Positions 53,444 to 63,896 of a stretch of 64,000 nt of DNA are shown here, in pieces (the first letter of the stretch is position 1; every line of letters starts with the position of its first letter). Position numbers and translations under genes: made by a program. Origin of the DNA: an uncultured delta proteobacterium (GTDB lineage Bacteria; Desulfobacterota; WTBG01; CAIYCZ01; CAIRTM01); NCBI GenBank assembly GCA_963804955.1, contig CAWDSQ010000016.1, positions 125,285 through 189,284 of the forward strand, given 5' to 3'. The notes under the pieces were generated by a model. It was not told the origin of the DNA. It saw only the letters and a list, made by a program, of their open reading frames with translations, and made no database searches.

Positions 53444-56252
53444 TTATCTCGTTTCAATCATGGGCAGCAAAAGGTCAACAAGTGCTTTTGCTTTCCGCTG
53501 CAGACCACCATTGTCTTCCAACAAGCCGTCAAATACAGGAGCAAGGGTATAATAGAGCCGTATCATAAGCCTGCCCGGCGCCGTTTTAGCCAGGACCTCG
53601 TCGCGATAGCGGTAGAACTGCTCGATCTCTGCGGACTCCTCACCATACATTTTCGCAAGGGGGCATTTTTTTCCTACCAGTATTGTCACCTTGGCAGGCG
53701 CGCTCACGCTGACGCCATCGCTTGCCGTATAGGTGAAGCTATCGTTTCCCATGAAGCCTTTTTCCGGCGTATAGGCAAACGACCCGTCAGCCTGCAGCGT
53801 CAGCTCACCATGCGCGGGCTGGGTTACAATTGCTGCCGTGAGATTCTCGCTGTCTGCGGCGGTGTCATTGTCAAGAACGCCGGGCGCGGCAATGGTAAGC
53901 GTTTTGTTTTTTCGTATTGCATAGGCGTCTGCCAGGGCAAGGGGCGCCGTGTTTGTAATTTGGCTGCCCGTAGCCGGGTTTGCAGTCAGGTAATTCGGAG
54001 CCTCTGACTGCGAACTCTTGAAAGCATAGACCGTTACATGGTAGGTGGCGCCGGGCGTAAGACCGGTAACGGTAACCGAACCGCCGCTGCCGCTGTAGGC
54101 AGACAAAAGTATCCGTGCCGAGCTCAGAGCCCGACCCGAATGAGGGATTTGCCGCATAGGATGTGCCGTCAACAGGTTCGGCAGAAACCGCACTGCCTTC
54201 CCGTATCAGCACGAGGCTGCCAGCGCCGCTGGCCGGTGTCCAGCCCACGGTCATGGCGAGCGGATGAAACACCGGTAAAGGTTACTTCGCTTGCCTGCTG
54301 TGCCGGCTCATCTGCCACTACTCTGAAAATATAGGCTGAGCCCTGGTCTGCTTGTGCGGAAATATCTGCTTTATAAGCCCCCACAACCACCGTATCGGCG
54401 CTCACGGCAACGGCTTTTCCGAAATAATCCTCGAACTCTCCGTCTGCAGCAGAAAGCTTTGCGGTCTGAGAAGGGTTGCCCGACCAGCCCGCAGCAGGCT
54501 TCCGAAACACATAGGCCGCGCCCCTCGCTTGGCCGCTGATGGCAGCATAATGGGCTCCGACCACCACGGCATCGCCATTCACTGCAACGCTTGAGCCGAG
54601 CCTGTCGTTTGCCGCGCCATCCGAAGCGATAAGTTTTGCATTCTCTGTCGCATGGTCCCAGCCGGTCGAAGGCCGTACAAAAACATAGGCTGAGCCCTGT
54701 TTAGCTTTTGCTCCTATCATGGCCTGGTCTGCCCCGACAACAACGATATCACCTTCCACGGCAACGGAAACGCCGAAATAATCATTTGCCGCACGATCAG
54801 ATGAGGACAGTTGTTTGCCGGTTGCAGCGTACCAGCCATCAAGGGGCTTTTCAAATACATAGGCAAGCCCGGATGCTGTAATCGTCGGAATCGTATCGCG
54901 TGAAGCACCTGCCACAATTGTATCGCCGCTTATGGCTACGGCTGTACCGAAACGATCCCCCGCGTCGCCGTAGGGAGATAAAAGCCGTTCGCCAACGACA
55001 GTGCCGGCCCAACCGCCGGAGGGCTTTTCAAACACATAAATTGCGCCCTCTGAACTTTGATACCCGTAGGCCCCGACAACAATAGTATCGCCGCTCACGG
55101 CAACGCTATAGCCAAAACAATCATCCGCTGCGCCGGTTGCTGCAATGAGCTTTACAGTATATGACGATGTCGTAGCCCAGCCGCTCTCAGGTTTTGTAAA
55201 CACATAGGCTGAGCCCTGATTCGTTTTCGCGCCAATGTCATCGTAGGGTGCTCCCACCACCACCGTATCGCCGCTCACGGCAACGGATATGCCGAAACCA
55301 TCATTTGCCGATCCCTCAGAGGTCGTAAGTCTGGCAACATATGACGCTGTCGTAGCCCACCCACTCCGCGGGTTTTGTAAACACATAGGCTGCGCCCAGA
55401 TCTGCATTTGCAGAATACGCGCCCAACCACCACCGTATCGCCGCTCATCGCAACGGAATAGCCGAAACAATCGAATGCCGCGCCATCGGAGGCCGTGAGT
55501 TTGGCCTGCTGTATGACCGGGTCGATATACACAGGATAGCTCAGTCCTGTGTCATCAGCACAGATATGCAGCATACCGCCCTGCGCCTCAAGCCATGCCG
55601 GTGCCTCGCGGCCATTGGCATCCCGCACCACCAAACCGCTGTAGCGATACAAAGCAGAACCATCGACTCTCGTAAGCATTGCCCCGAGACCATCGGCATC
55701 AACACTGCCGCGTATGCGCCATCAATGAACAGACAACCCTCAACGCGCCGTTGCCAGCCTTCGCGGAGGCTTCTGCAATCGTAAAGCCCTGCTGCAGGCC
55801 CAGCGGACCATTTATATACCATTCGCTGACAGAACCGCGAGTGCTGACAACTATATTCCCATAAGACTGCGGCACAGCTGCCGGCAGCAGGCGCAAGCTC
55901 CTCACCATGGCCCCAGGCCACCGGCTGCAGCAAAATGTGCTGCCCGCCCGAGCCTATTTCAACGCCGCCGGAACCGAAACGGGCCGTGAGGCCGTGGCCG
56001 GTATTATCTGCCTGCACAACATCACCATACGGACGCGCATGATAGCCAGACTGGTCATGGCCGATGGCTGCCGATACGGCATACCGGGCCTCCATTGAAA
56101 GGCTTTCCAAACCCTGCTTTACCGCAGCCGTCGACGGGACCGGCCAGACAAGCAAGGCCAAAAAAAGAAGTGCGCTTCGGAGTAAAAAACGGGTACGCAG
56201 CCATGGTGCGTTCTGGCCTGGAAAATAATTCGCTACGGTCTTGTGTTTTCAT
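53444..56252 (-). CDS. Secreted FG-GAP repeat protein with FN3-like, Ig-like and CFI-box-CTERM-like domains (frameshifted)
   Basis: KL.ASDG...D.FG.SVAVSGDTVVVGA..GSAYVF repeats; APGVLDND..PAHG.L....DGSF.YTP..GF.G.DSFTY; C-terminal CP..KMYG..S.E....YRDEVL..T..G...I.LYY. Confidence 0.85.
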
Positions 56253-56293
56253 TCTGTGCTCTCCCTATCCAAAAACCACACATTTCCTACAGT

Positions 56294-58141
56294 TTAAAAA
56301 CCTCTGATACTCATGCTGCCCGTGCAGCCGCCCACGCTCACCTCATAGGTGTCGGTCACCTGCAGCAGCGATGCCTTAATGCGGACAAGGGCCAGCATAA
56401 AGCGCTTCTTTTTCCCCAGCGGAAACTGAAACAGCGCTTCGGCGGCTTCGTCAGGGAATACTATGGGGGTGTCTTTGGCGAACTGCATGCCGTCGGGCGC
56501 GCGAAACAGAAACAGCCGGACCGGCCGTATGATGCTGAACAGCTTGCTCAGCCGCCGGGGCAACAGTTTTACGGCGCAGGTTGAGCAGTTGTCCCACGCC
56601 AGCGGATCGTCATCGTCGCAGTCGGGCCCCAGGCAGTCAAGCCCGAGGCCGTAGCCGTCGCCGTCCTCATCGACGCAGCCCGGAGGAATCGTGGTCGTGG
56701 TTGTCGTTGAAACAGCGGGCGCCGGGAACTTCCACAGACCGTAGCCTTCCGTGCCGCTTGCATAGAAATAAATACTGTCGCCGATGCGCGCAAAAGAGGC
56801 CGGGGAACTGGAGCTGGAGCCGCTTGCAAGGTCGGCTACACGCACGGTGCCCGCCTCGGTGCCGTCGCTCTTCCACAGCTCTTCGCCGCTGGTGCCATCA
56901 TCGGCTCTGAAATAGAGCATGTCATTGACCACGATGCTGCCCTCATGGCCCCAATAGCTATCACCATCTCCGGGGTTGATATCTTTCACCATCTGGGTGC
57001 CGGCTTCCGTACCGTCGCTTATCCACAGCTCGCTGCCATGCACACCGTCGTAAACCCCGAACAGCAACTTGCTTGCCCACTGCTCTCATGCCATAGGGGC
57101 TGGCATTGGAGGCATCAGGAACAATATCCTTCACCAGATGCGTGCCGCCCTCTGTTCCGTCGGTCACCCACAGCTCCTTGCCATGAATTCCATCATCTGC
57201 CACAAAAAAAAGCTTTTCGTCATTAACATTGGTAAATTCCGGCGTAAGGGTCCAGTCGTTCAGGCCGGGCTCGTCCGTAGCGGGGTTTATTTCCTTCACC
57301 ATATACGTGCCAGCCGCCGTTCCGTCACTGCGCCACAGCTCCCGGTTATTGTTGGACATGTCGCTCGGGTCCGAGCTGTTGTCTGCGGCAAAATAGAGTA
57401 TGCCGCCCATCTCCGTAAGATAGGTCGGGCCATAGTCTGCCGAAGACCCCGGCTGTATGTCTTTAACAATGACGGTGTTTTCCGGGGTGCCGTCTGTCTT
57501 CCATAGTTCGGCGCCGCTCGTGCCGTCATTGGCGACAAAAAACAGCACTCCGTTAACGAGGGTGAACTGGTCGGGGTCTGAGGCGCTGCTGCCGGGGCGG
57601 ATATTTTTAAAAAGCGTTGTGCCGCCCGGCGTGCCGTCTGTCCGCCACAGCTCATAGCCCGTGGTGCCGTTGTCGCCGGCCGTATAAACATAGCCGTTAT
57701 AGGCCAGAATTTTCCCCCAGTTGGAAGGCACGCCGCTGCCGGTACCCGATCTGATGTTCTTGTATCAGCCCGGTGCCCGCTTCCGTGCCGTCGCTCTGTC
57801 CAGAGCTCGGAGCCGTAGGTACCGTTGTCGGCCACGAAAATAAGCTCAGACCCCAGGGGGCAGAGTCCAAGATTGTTGTAATACTTGATCGCGCTCCCGG
57901 TAGCTCCTGCCGTAAGATCCCGGACCATGTTCGTGCCGTCTGGAGTGCCGTCGCTTGTCCAAATTTCCCGGCCGGCACCGCCACCCGTTCCTACAAAAAA
58001 CGCCCTACCGCTCACGTCAAGTGGCGTGCTTTGTATGGTAATGCTTCCTTTTACCAGTTCCGGTGTTTGCGCCTGAGCGCCTGCGGTGAACGCGAGTAGC
58101 AACAGACAAAGCGAAATTCCTGCCTTAAGAATGTTTTTCAT
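56294..58141 (-). CDS. Secreted ELWxxDGT repeat protein with Thr linker, DxDGDG/DCDD motif and basic C-terminal domain (frameshifted)
   Basis: Repeated ELW.[ST]DGT..GT..VKDI; TTTTTT; DEDGDGYG..GPDCDDDD. Confidence 0.88.
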
Positions 58142-58196
58142 ATGCCATCACCTTTAAAAATAGTGTTTTTTTGCTTTCTCGTGCAGCGCCCGGTAT

Positions 58197-58270
58197 AAAA
58201 GCCGCTCTCTGCCCGAAGCAGATAGCGGCTTGACGATCAAGGTAGCGCCCCTCCAACCTTGATACACCAC
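58197..58270 (-). ncRNA. Variant of the Na+-like riboswitch/terminator cassette upstream of the ELWxxDGT gene
   Basis: GGUU..GAUCGUCAAGCCGCUAUCUGC-UUCGG-GCAGAGAGCGGCUUUU. Confidence 0.45.
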
Positions 58271-58447
58271 AGTCGCCCTTATCTTTGCCTTAGTTTATTG
58301 TTAGCTTGCATATTTTTATATACGCTTGGCTACAAAAAACACAAGAAAAAAAGCATTCCCGGGGTGAAAAATGAAGGGGTTAGGGGAGCTTCCTAAGGCA
58401 GCGCTGAACCTCACCGCAGCAAGCTTCGGGATTTTATTCTTAAAAAA

Positions 58448-59135
58448 TTAACCTTGAAGCGTATTGACGCGCACCTGCTGTGCCTGCTGCAGAGCATCAT
58501 ACAGGGCCTGATTATCGAAAAACCGCTCTATCGCTGAAGAGAGGGCCTTGTTTATTTCTCGCTGCATAAGGGCTTCTGAAAAATACACATGCTGCAGCGA
58601 GGATTCGGCATCAACGACCGTCCTGTAAATGACGCGCCTGCTGCGCACATCAGCCACTACCACCCGCAGCGAGACCTGTGTTCTATAGCGGGTAACCCCC
58701 ATGTCTTCCCAGGCCCTGGCTTCAAATTCATCAATGCTGCCGCCAATGGCAAACTGCCCCCACTGGCCGTCAATGCTCTCCGGCTTCATATCCCAGCCCG
58801 GCAGCCCTCCGTACACAGAGTGGCCGGATGAAAAAAGGTATGTTTTCATCGCCGCAGCAACAGCATATCCCGGCAGTAGAGCGGTGCTGTTGATCGGCAG
58901 TTCCGCGCCGTCGGCAGCAACACGGGTTCCCAGCCGCTGCTTGTCCGCCACGGAGTCGCGCGCATCGACAAAAATGCAGGCGCTAAACATGCTGCCGGGC
59001 TGCAGCAGCTCATTTGCTTGTGCCGGCTCCTGCGGTCTGATAATGCAGGGACAGGTTATAGTGGGTTGCACAGCCCGCTCCCAGGAGGATCAGGCAGAAA
59101 AGTATTACGCTGTTTATTGCTTTGCGTTTTGCCAT
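58448..59135 (-). CDS. Uncharacterised lipoprotein (frameshift after the signal peptide)
   Basis: LLGAG-C lipobox; VDAR, GSIDEF, INKALSSAIE; YajG-like fold is a guess. Confidence 0.65.
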
Positions 59136-59174
59136 GGCGCCGTTGAACTCCAAAAGTATTATTAAAGGTGGTTA

Positions 59175-59722
59175 TTACCGTTGCGTATACAGCTGTATCT
59201 TTTGCCCGTCATACTCAAGTGTCACCTGCTTGTCTTCAATGGCAACCAGGCGGTAATCGCCGAAACGGTCGCCAACGGAAACAATGCGCGTATCGGTGGT
59301 GCGGGAGGCGATAGCGGGGGCGGAAGGACTTCTGCTTCTTATGGTTCTTTTGCTTTTTCTGCTTTGTTTGGTTTGGTTTGCTTGCTGCTGGTTTTGATGA
59401 CCGGAACGGCGGTGCTCCGCCGAAATGAAAGAACCGCAAGCTTTGTGTCTTCGCTTATGATGGTGCCGCACAGCTCCGGCAGCATTGCCTTGCTGATCTT
59501 TTTTTTGGCCGGTGTTTTAGGTGGTGTCACCCATTTTTTTCGCGTGGGGCTGAAAAGATTTTTTTCTATCACAAGAGTAAAGTCTTCCGCCTGTGAAGAG
59601 ACACTTCCGAGGAAAAAGAAGCAGCAGCCAATAACAAAAATTTTTGTGCAGTGGTTTTTCATAAAATCGCTTTTTAGTTTAACCCGCGTCCGCAGACACC
59701 TGTTTGATTGCCCCATCAGCAT
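59175..59722 (-). CDS. GspC/PilP-like (type II secretion HR domain) protein (frameshifted)
   Basis: TM, IEKNLFSPTR, L.GTIIS...LAVL, VSVGDRFGDYRLVAIEDKQVTLEYDG. Confidence 0.6.
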
Positions 59723-59790
59723 AAATACACCTTCCTGTAAATCCCGCTCAAACAAGAATTCGACAGGTGAACTTCTTTCTGTTTCGAAGC

Positions 59791-59869
59791 AAAAGACGCA
59801 ACCTGAAGCACTGGCTCCAGATAGCGGCCCGACTATCCTGTTCCTTCGGGATTTTTAACCCGAACCCAT
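59791..59869 (-). ncRNA. Na+-I (DUF1646)-like riboswitch with terminator, copy 3
   Basis: GGGUU-CGGG..CCCG-AAGGAACAG-GAUAGUCGGGCCGC then GCUAUCUGGAGC..GCUUCAGGUUGCGUC-UUUU; the hairpin sequence differs from copies 1 and 2 but the structure is kept. Confidence 0.7.
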
Positions 59870-60255
59870 GCGAAGGATGCAAAAAATTTTTTGTGCAGGT
59901 TGCGACTTATTTATCACTGCCAAGCTGCTCTACCGGATCCCCCCTGTTGTTATGTTCTGTTGTTATGTTTTTTACCAAAAAACCATTCCTGCACAAATAG
60001 CAGAAGCCTATACGCATACTCTTCAATCTAATAAAATTGTTTCCAAGCCGAGGAGGGGAATAAAAAAGTCTCTTTCTCCGATAAAGCTGCCGCGCTGCTG
60101 TCCTTTTATTGGCGCTCCTGTCACCATTGCACTCCCTCGGTTTATAATTAAAATAATAATTAGCTATGGTGATTTTGTCAATTGATTTTTATTCCAATAG
60201 TTGCTATACAAATCAATATAACCATAAAGGCCATTATCAGCAAGGGGAACGCTTG

Positions 60256-60777
60256 ATGGGGGACAAAAACATGATTATCGCCAGCACGGTCGACAATCTG
60301 CGCCGCGTGCTTCAGGCCATTCACGAATATTCGAAAAAAGCGGAATACGCCACCGGACTCACCGGGCCTCAGCTCTGGGCGATCAAGGTTATTGCAGAAA
60401 ACGCCTCGATCTGCGTTTCAGATCTGGCTGCTAAAATGTATCTTCATGCTGCAACCGTCATCGGCATTCTTGACCGGCTCGAAGACCGCGGTCTCATTAC
60501 GCGTATCCGTTCCCGTAATGACCGCCGCTTTGTTGTCGTTGAGCTGTCAGAACAGGGCAAACAGCTGGTGAAAAATTCTCCTGAGGTTGCCCAGGGGTTG
60601 CTGGTAAAAGGGCTCGAGCAATTACCGATGCATTTGCTTGAAAGCGTCTCGGATGGTCTGGAAAAAATGGTTGAACTGCTGGGCGCAAGCACTGTTCCTC
60701 CCCGCATGATGCTCTCGCCGGAAATCAATATGCCCGCAAGAAAGGGCAGTGGAAGGCCTCGCAAGCAACAGGAATAG
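60256..60777 (+). CDS. MarR family transcriptional regulator
   Basis: GLTGPQLW..DLA..MYL..ATV.GILDRLE.RGLI.R.RS..DRR. Confidence 0.92.
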   Translation: MGDKNMIIASTVDNLRRVLQAIHEYSKKAEYATGLTGPQLWAIKVIAENASICVSDLAAKMYLHAATVIGILDRLEDRGLITRIRSRNDRRFVVVELSEQGKQLVKNSPEVAQGLLVKGLEQLPMHLLESVSDGLEKMVELLGASTVPPRMMLSPEINMPARKGSGRPRKQQE

Positions 60778-60780
60778 AGC

Positions 60781-62277
60781 ATGAATGCCTTAAAATTAAA
60801 AGAGTATCTAGCGCATGTTATGCATGGGGAGAAACTGATCGTCGTTTCCAACCGTGAACCGTGCCTGCACGAACTATCAGATGGTGTGATTAAGGCCGTC
60901 CGCCCGGCAAGCGGCATGGTAACAGCTCTTGAGCCTATTCTGAAAGCTGTCGGCGGCATTTGGGTCGCTCATGGTTCGGGTTCAGCAGACCGGTCTGTTG
61001 TTGACAGCCGGGATAGAATCCGGCTCCCCGAAGAACGGCCGGAATATGTGCTCAGGCGTGTCTGGCTTTCCCGCAAGGAAGAAGATGGCTATTATTATGG
61101 CCTGTCCAATGAAGCGCTCTGGCCCCTGTGCCATATTGTGTATACGCGGCCGCATTTTTCCCGCAGTGATTGGGAGACATATAAAACCGTCAATCAGCGC
61201 TTTTGCGATGCCGTGCTTGAAGAAGCCGGGGGCAACCCGGCAATTATCTTTATTCAGGACTATCATCTTGCGCTTCTGCCGCGCCTGCTCAGAAACAACA
61301 GGTCTGATCTGAAAATCATGCAGTTCTGGCATATACCCTGGCCCAATAAGGAGGCTTTCCGTATATTCCCCTGGGGGGAGGAGCTTCTGGATGGTCTGCT
61401 CGGCAATGACATTCTCGGCTTTCACATACAGTACCACTGCAATAATTTTCTCGATACCGTCGACCGGGGTATAGAAGCCCGCGTTGATTATGAACATTTT
61501 CGGATTTTTCGCGGCGGCAGGCCGACCTGCGTGAGGCCCTTCCCCATCAGCGTTGATTTCGAGCAGATCGCTGCCGATGCAAAATCGCCTCTGGTAACTG
61601 CAAGAAAAAAACGCCTTCTTAAGGCGCTCGGAGAAGCAACATATAAAACCAGGCTTTTCGTGGGTGCTGACCGTATCGACTACACCAAGGGTATACCGGA
61701 AAGACTCCGCGCTTTCTCTTTGATGCTGCAGCGGCATCCGGAGTTGCACGGCAAGGTGACTCTGGTGCAGCTTGCCGCGCCCAGCCGCACCCACATTGAA
61801 ACCTACAGAAATTTAAATGATGAGCTGGACGATCTTGTTGACGAAATCAACTGGCAGCACATGTCTGAGGATTGGGCGCCCATCCGGCTTATGCGCGCAC
61901 ATCATGACTATTATGATGTGCTGGCAGCCCACCGCATGGCTGATGTGCTGCTGGTAACCTCGCTGCATGACGGAATGAATTTGGTTGCTAAGGAATTCAT
62001 TGCAGCTCGCTCGGACAATGACGGTGTGCTTGTTCTGTCGCAGTATACGGGCGTTGCCCGTGAGTTTCCCGATGCTGTGATGGTTAATCCGTTTGATCCC
62101 GACCAGCTTGCCGATGCCCTTTATGATGCCTATATGATGCCGGAAATCGAGCGGACCCAGCGTATGCGCCGCATGAGGCCTCTGTTAGCGAAAAACACAA
62201 TTTTCGATTGGGGTGCTAAAATTTTCGAAACGCTTGAAGGCCTTCCCGCTTGTGAAAAAAGCACCTCTTCGTTATAA
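60781..62277 (+). CDS. otsA: Trehalose-6-phosphate synthase (GT20)
   Basis: [48 protein letters not shown]. Confidence 0.95.
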   Translation: MNALKLKEYLAHVMHGEKLIVVSNREPCLHELSDGVIKAVRPASGMVTALEPILKAVGGIWVAHGSGSADRSVVDSRDRIRLPEERPEYVLRRVWLSRKEEDGYYYGLSNEALWPLCHIVYTRPHFSRSDWETYKTVNQRFCDAVLEEAGGNPAIIFIQDYHLALLPRLLRNNRSDLKIMQFWHIPWPNKEAFRIFPWGEELLDGLLGNDILGFHIQYHCNNFLDTVDRGIEARVDYEHFRIFRGGRPTCVRPFPISVDFEQIAADAKSPLVTARKKRLLKALGEATYKTRLFVGADRIDYTKGIPERLRAFSLMLQRHPELHGKVTLVQLAAPSRTHIETYRNLNDELDDLVDEINWQHMSEDWAPIRLMRAHHDYYDVLAAHRMADVLLVTSLHDGMNLVAKEFIAARSDNDGVLVLSQYTGVAREFPDAVMVNPFDPDQLADALYDAYMMPEIERTQRMRRMRPLLAKNTIFDWGAKIFETLEGLPACEKSTSSL

Positions 62278-62280
62278 AAT

Positions 62281-63060
62281 ATGGAAAGCAGCGCTATGAT
62301 TAATAACCTGTGGATTTTTGATTTTGACGGAACGCTATCTGATATCGTCCCCGACCGGCATGCAGCGAGCCTCCATCCCTTGTGTCGCACAATGCTTGAA
62401 CAACTTGCTGCAACCGAAGGATTTTATACCGCCATCCTGTCAAGCCGAACTCTTGACGACCTGCTGCCGCGTATTGATATCAAAGGTGTTGCCCTGGGCG
62501 GCAATTGCGGCTCTGAATGGCTTTTGCCGGAGGGAACGCGCACAAGCCTCTCTCAAGAACGGTTGACATCGCTTCAGGCAGCACGTACCCTGCTTATTCC
62601 TGAGCTCCAGCATATAGACCAGATCGAAGGCGTGGAGATAGAGGATAAAAGGCTATCCATTGCAGTGCATGTCAGGCAGGTCTCGGGCAAGTACCGGCGC
62701 TTTATTCAGCGGCATCTGGAGTTTCTAAAACTTAATTATAATCTGACAATATACCCGGGCCCCGAAGCGTATGAAATTATGCTCCTGCCCGATATACATA
62801 AATCCAATGGTCTCGTAAATTTGTGCGATCTTATCGGATTTAATATTAATACTGGTTTTCTGCAGTATGCCGGCGATGACAGCCATGATGCCAAAGTCAT
62901 GGAGCGGGTTCTCCGGCTTGGCGGAATGGCCTTTACAGTCGGGCCAGAGCCCCTGGTGCCGGGTGCAGCAGTGGTTGCAAATCCCGAAGCCCTTGCCGGG
63001 GAGATACTAAAACTCATCAGCCCGGGGGCTCCCCGCCCTTCAGCACAGGCTGTGAGGTAG
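62281..63060 (+). CDS. otsB: Trehalose-6-phosphate phosphatase (HAD IIB)
   Basis: FDFDGTL, LSSR, EDK..SIAVH.R, YAGDD..D. Confidence 0.88.
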   Translation: MESSAMINNLWIFDFDGTLSDIVPDRHAASLHPLCRTMLEQLAATEGFYTAILSSRTLDDLLPRIDIKGVALGGNCGSEWLLPEGTRTSLSQERLTSLQAARTLLIPELQHIDQIEGVEIEDKRLSIAVHVRQVSGKYRRFIQRHLEFLKLNYNLTIYPGPEAYEIMLLPDIHKSNGLVNLCDLIGFNINTGFLQYAGDDSHDAKVMERVLRLGGMAFTVGPEPLVPGAAVVANPEALAGEILKLISPGAPRPSAQAVR

Positions 63061-63120
63061 GGCCGCGCTTATATGGAAGCACACGGGTTCAAAACAAGCC
63101 GGAAAGGACGACTGGTTGCC

Positions 63121-63896
63121 ATGAAAAAGGAAAAACTCTGGCTGTTTGATTTTGATGGCACGCTTGCCGCTATCGGTCACAACTATCATGCAGCGCGGCT
63201 TCACCCCGACTGCCAGGAAATGCTGATTATGCTCATAGAAAAATTTCCCGGCCGTGTCGCTGTCGTTTCAAGCAGGCCGCTGCGGGATCTGGTCTCAAGA
63301 ATACCTGTGCCCGGACTTTTTTTAGGCGGGAGCAGCGGCTTGGCCTGGCTGCTTCCAGGTGGAGAAAGAAAGATGTTTCACGCTGTTTTTGAAAAACACC
63401 TCAACAAAAACCGCAAGGCGGTACTGCTGAAAACACAAGAACTGGGGCTGCTGTACGGCGTTGACACAGAAGACAAACTGTCCTCCATTGCGCTTCATGC
63501 TCCGCATCTGCCCCGGCATATACAGAGGCATATTTTTAATACCGCTAAAAATTGCGGAAAAGCACATGCCTGTGAGGTTTTTGAGGGTCCCGAGTCCGTT
63601 GAAATTTATTTTTTGCCGGCGAACGTTAGGCTTGCCGTTATTCCGAATCTTTGCTCCCTGCTCGCTCTTGACCCTGGGGCTGTTAGTTACCTATGCCGGG
63701 GACGATGAACATGATATTCCGCTTATGCAGTGGATACTGCAGCATAATGGTTGTGTTTATCTGTCGGCTATCAGTCCCTTGTTGCTGGCGGACAGGTCAT
63801 TCAGAACGCCTCGCTGCTGGCGCAGGTTTTTATCCGCTTATGCGAAATTCCGGGCAGCGCTGCTGCATAAAGGAGAAGATCCATGGAGCCATTTGA
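63121..63896 (+). CDS. otsB: Second trehalose-phosphatase paralogue (frameshifted, end approximate)
   Basis: FDFDGTL, VSSR, EDK.SSIALH; YAGDDEHD in the +1 frame. Confidence 0.75.

Noticed and set aside
51096..58141. CRISPR array or DGR-like nucleotide repeats
   Set aside because: The repeats are degenerate protein-coding propeller repeats; no constant repeat-spacer period and no cas or reverse transcriptase genes
58414..58430. CCGCAGCAAGCT.CGGG palindrome (similar at about 29634-29654) as an IS200/IS605 end
   Set aside because: Short, degenerate and with no tnpA or tnpB nearby; at most a dispersed repeat
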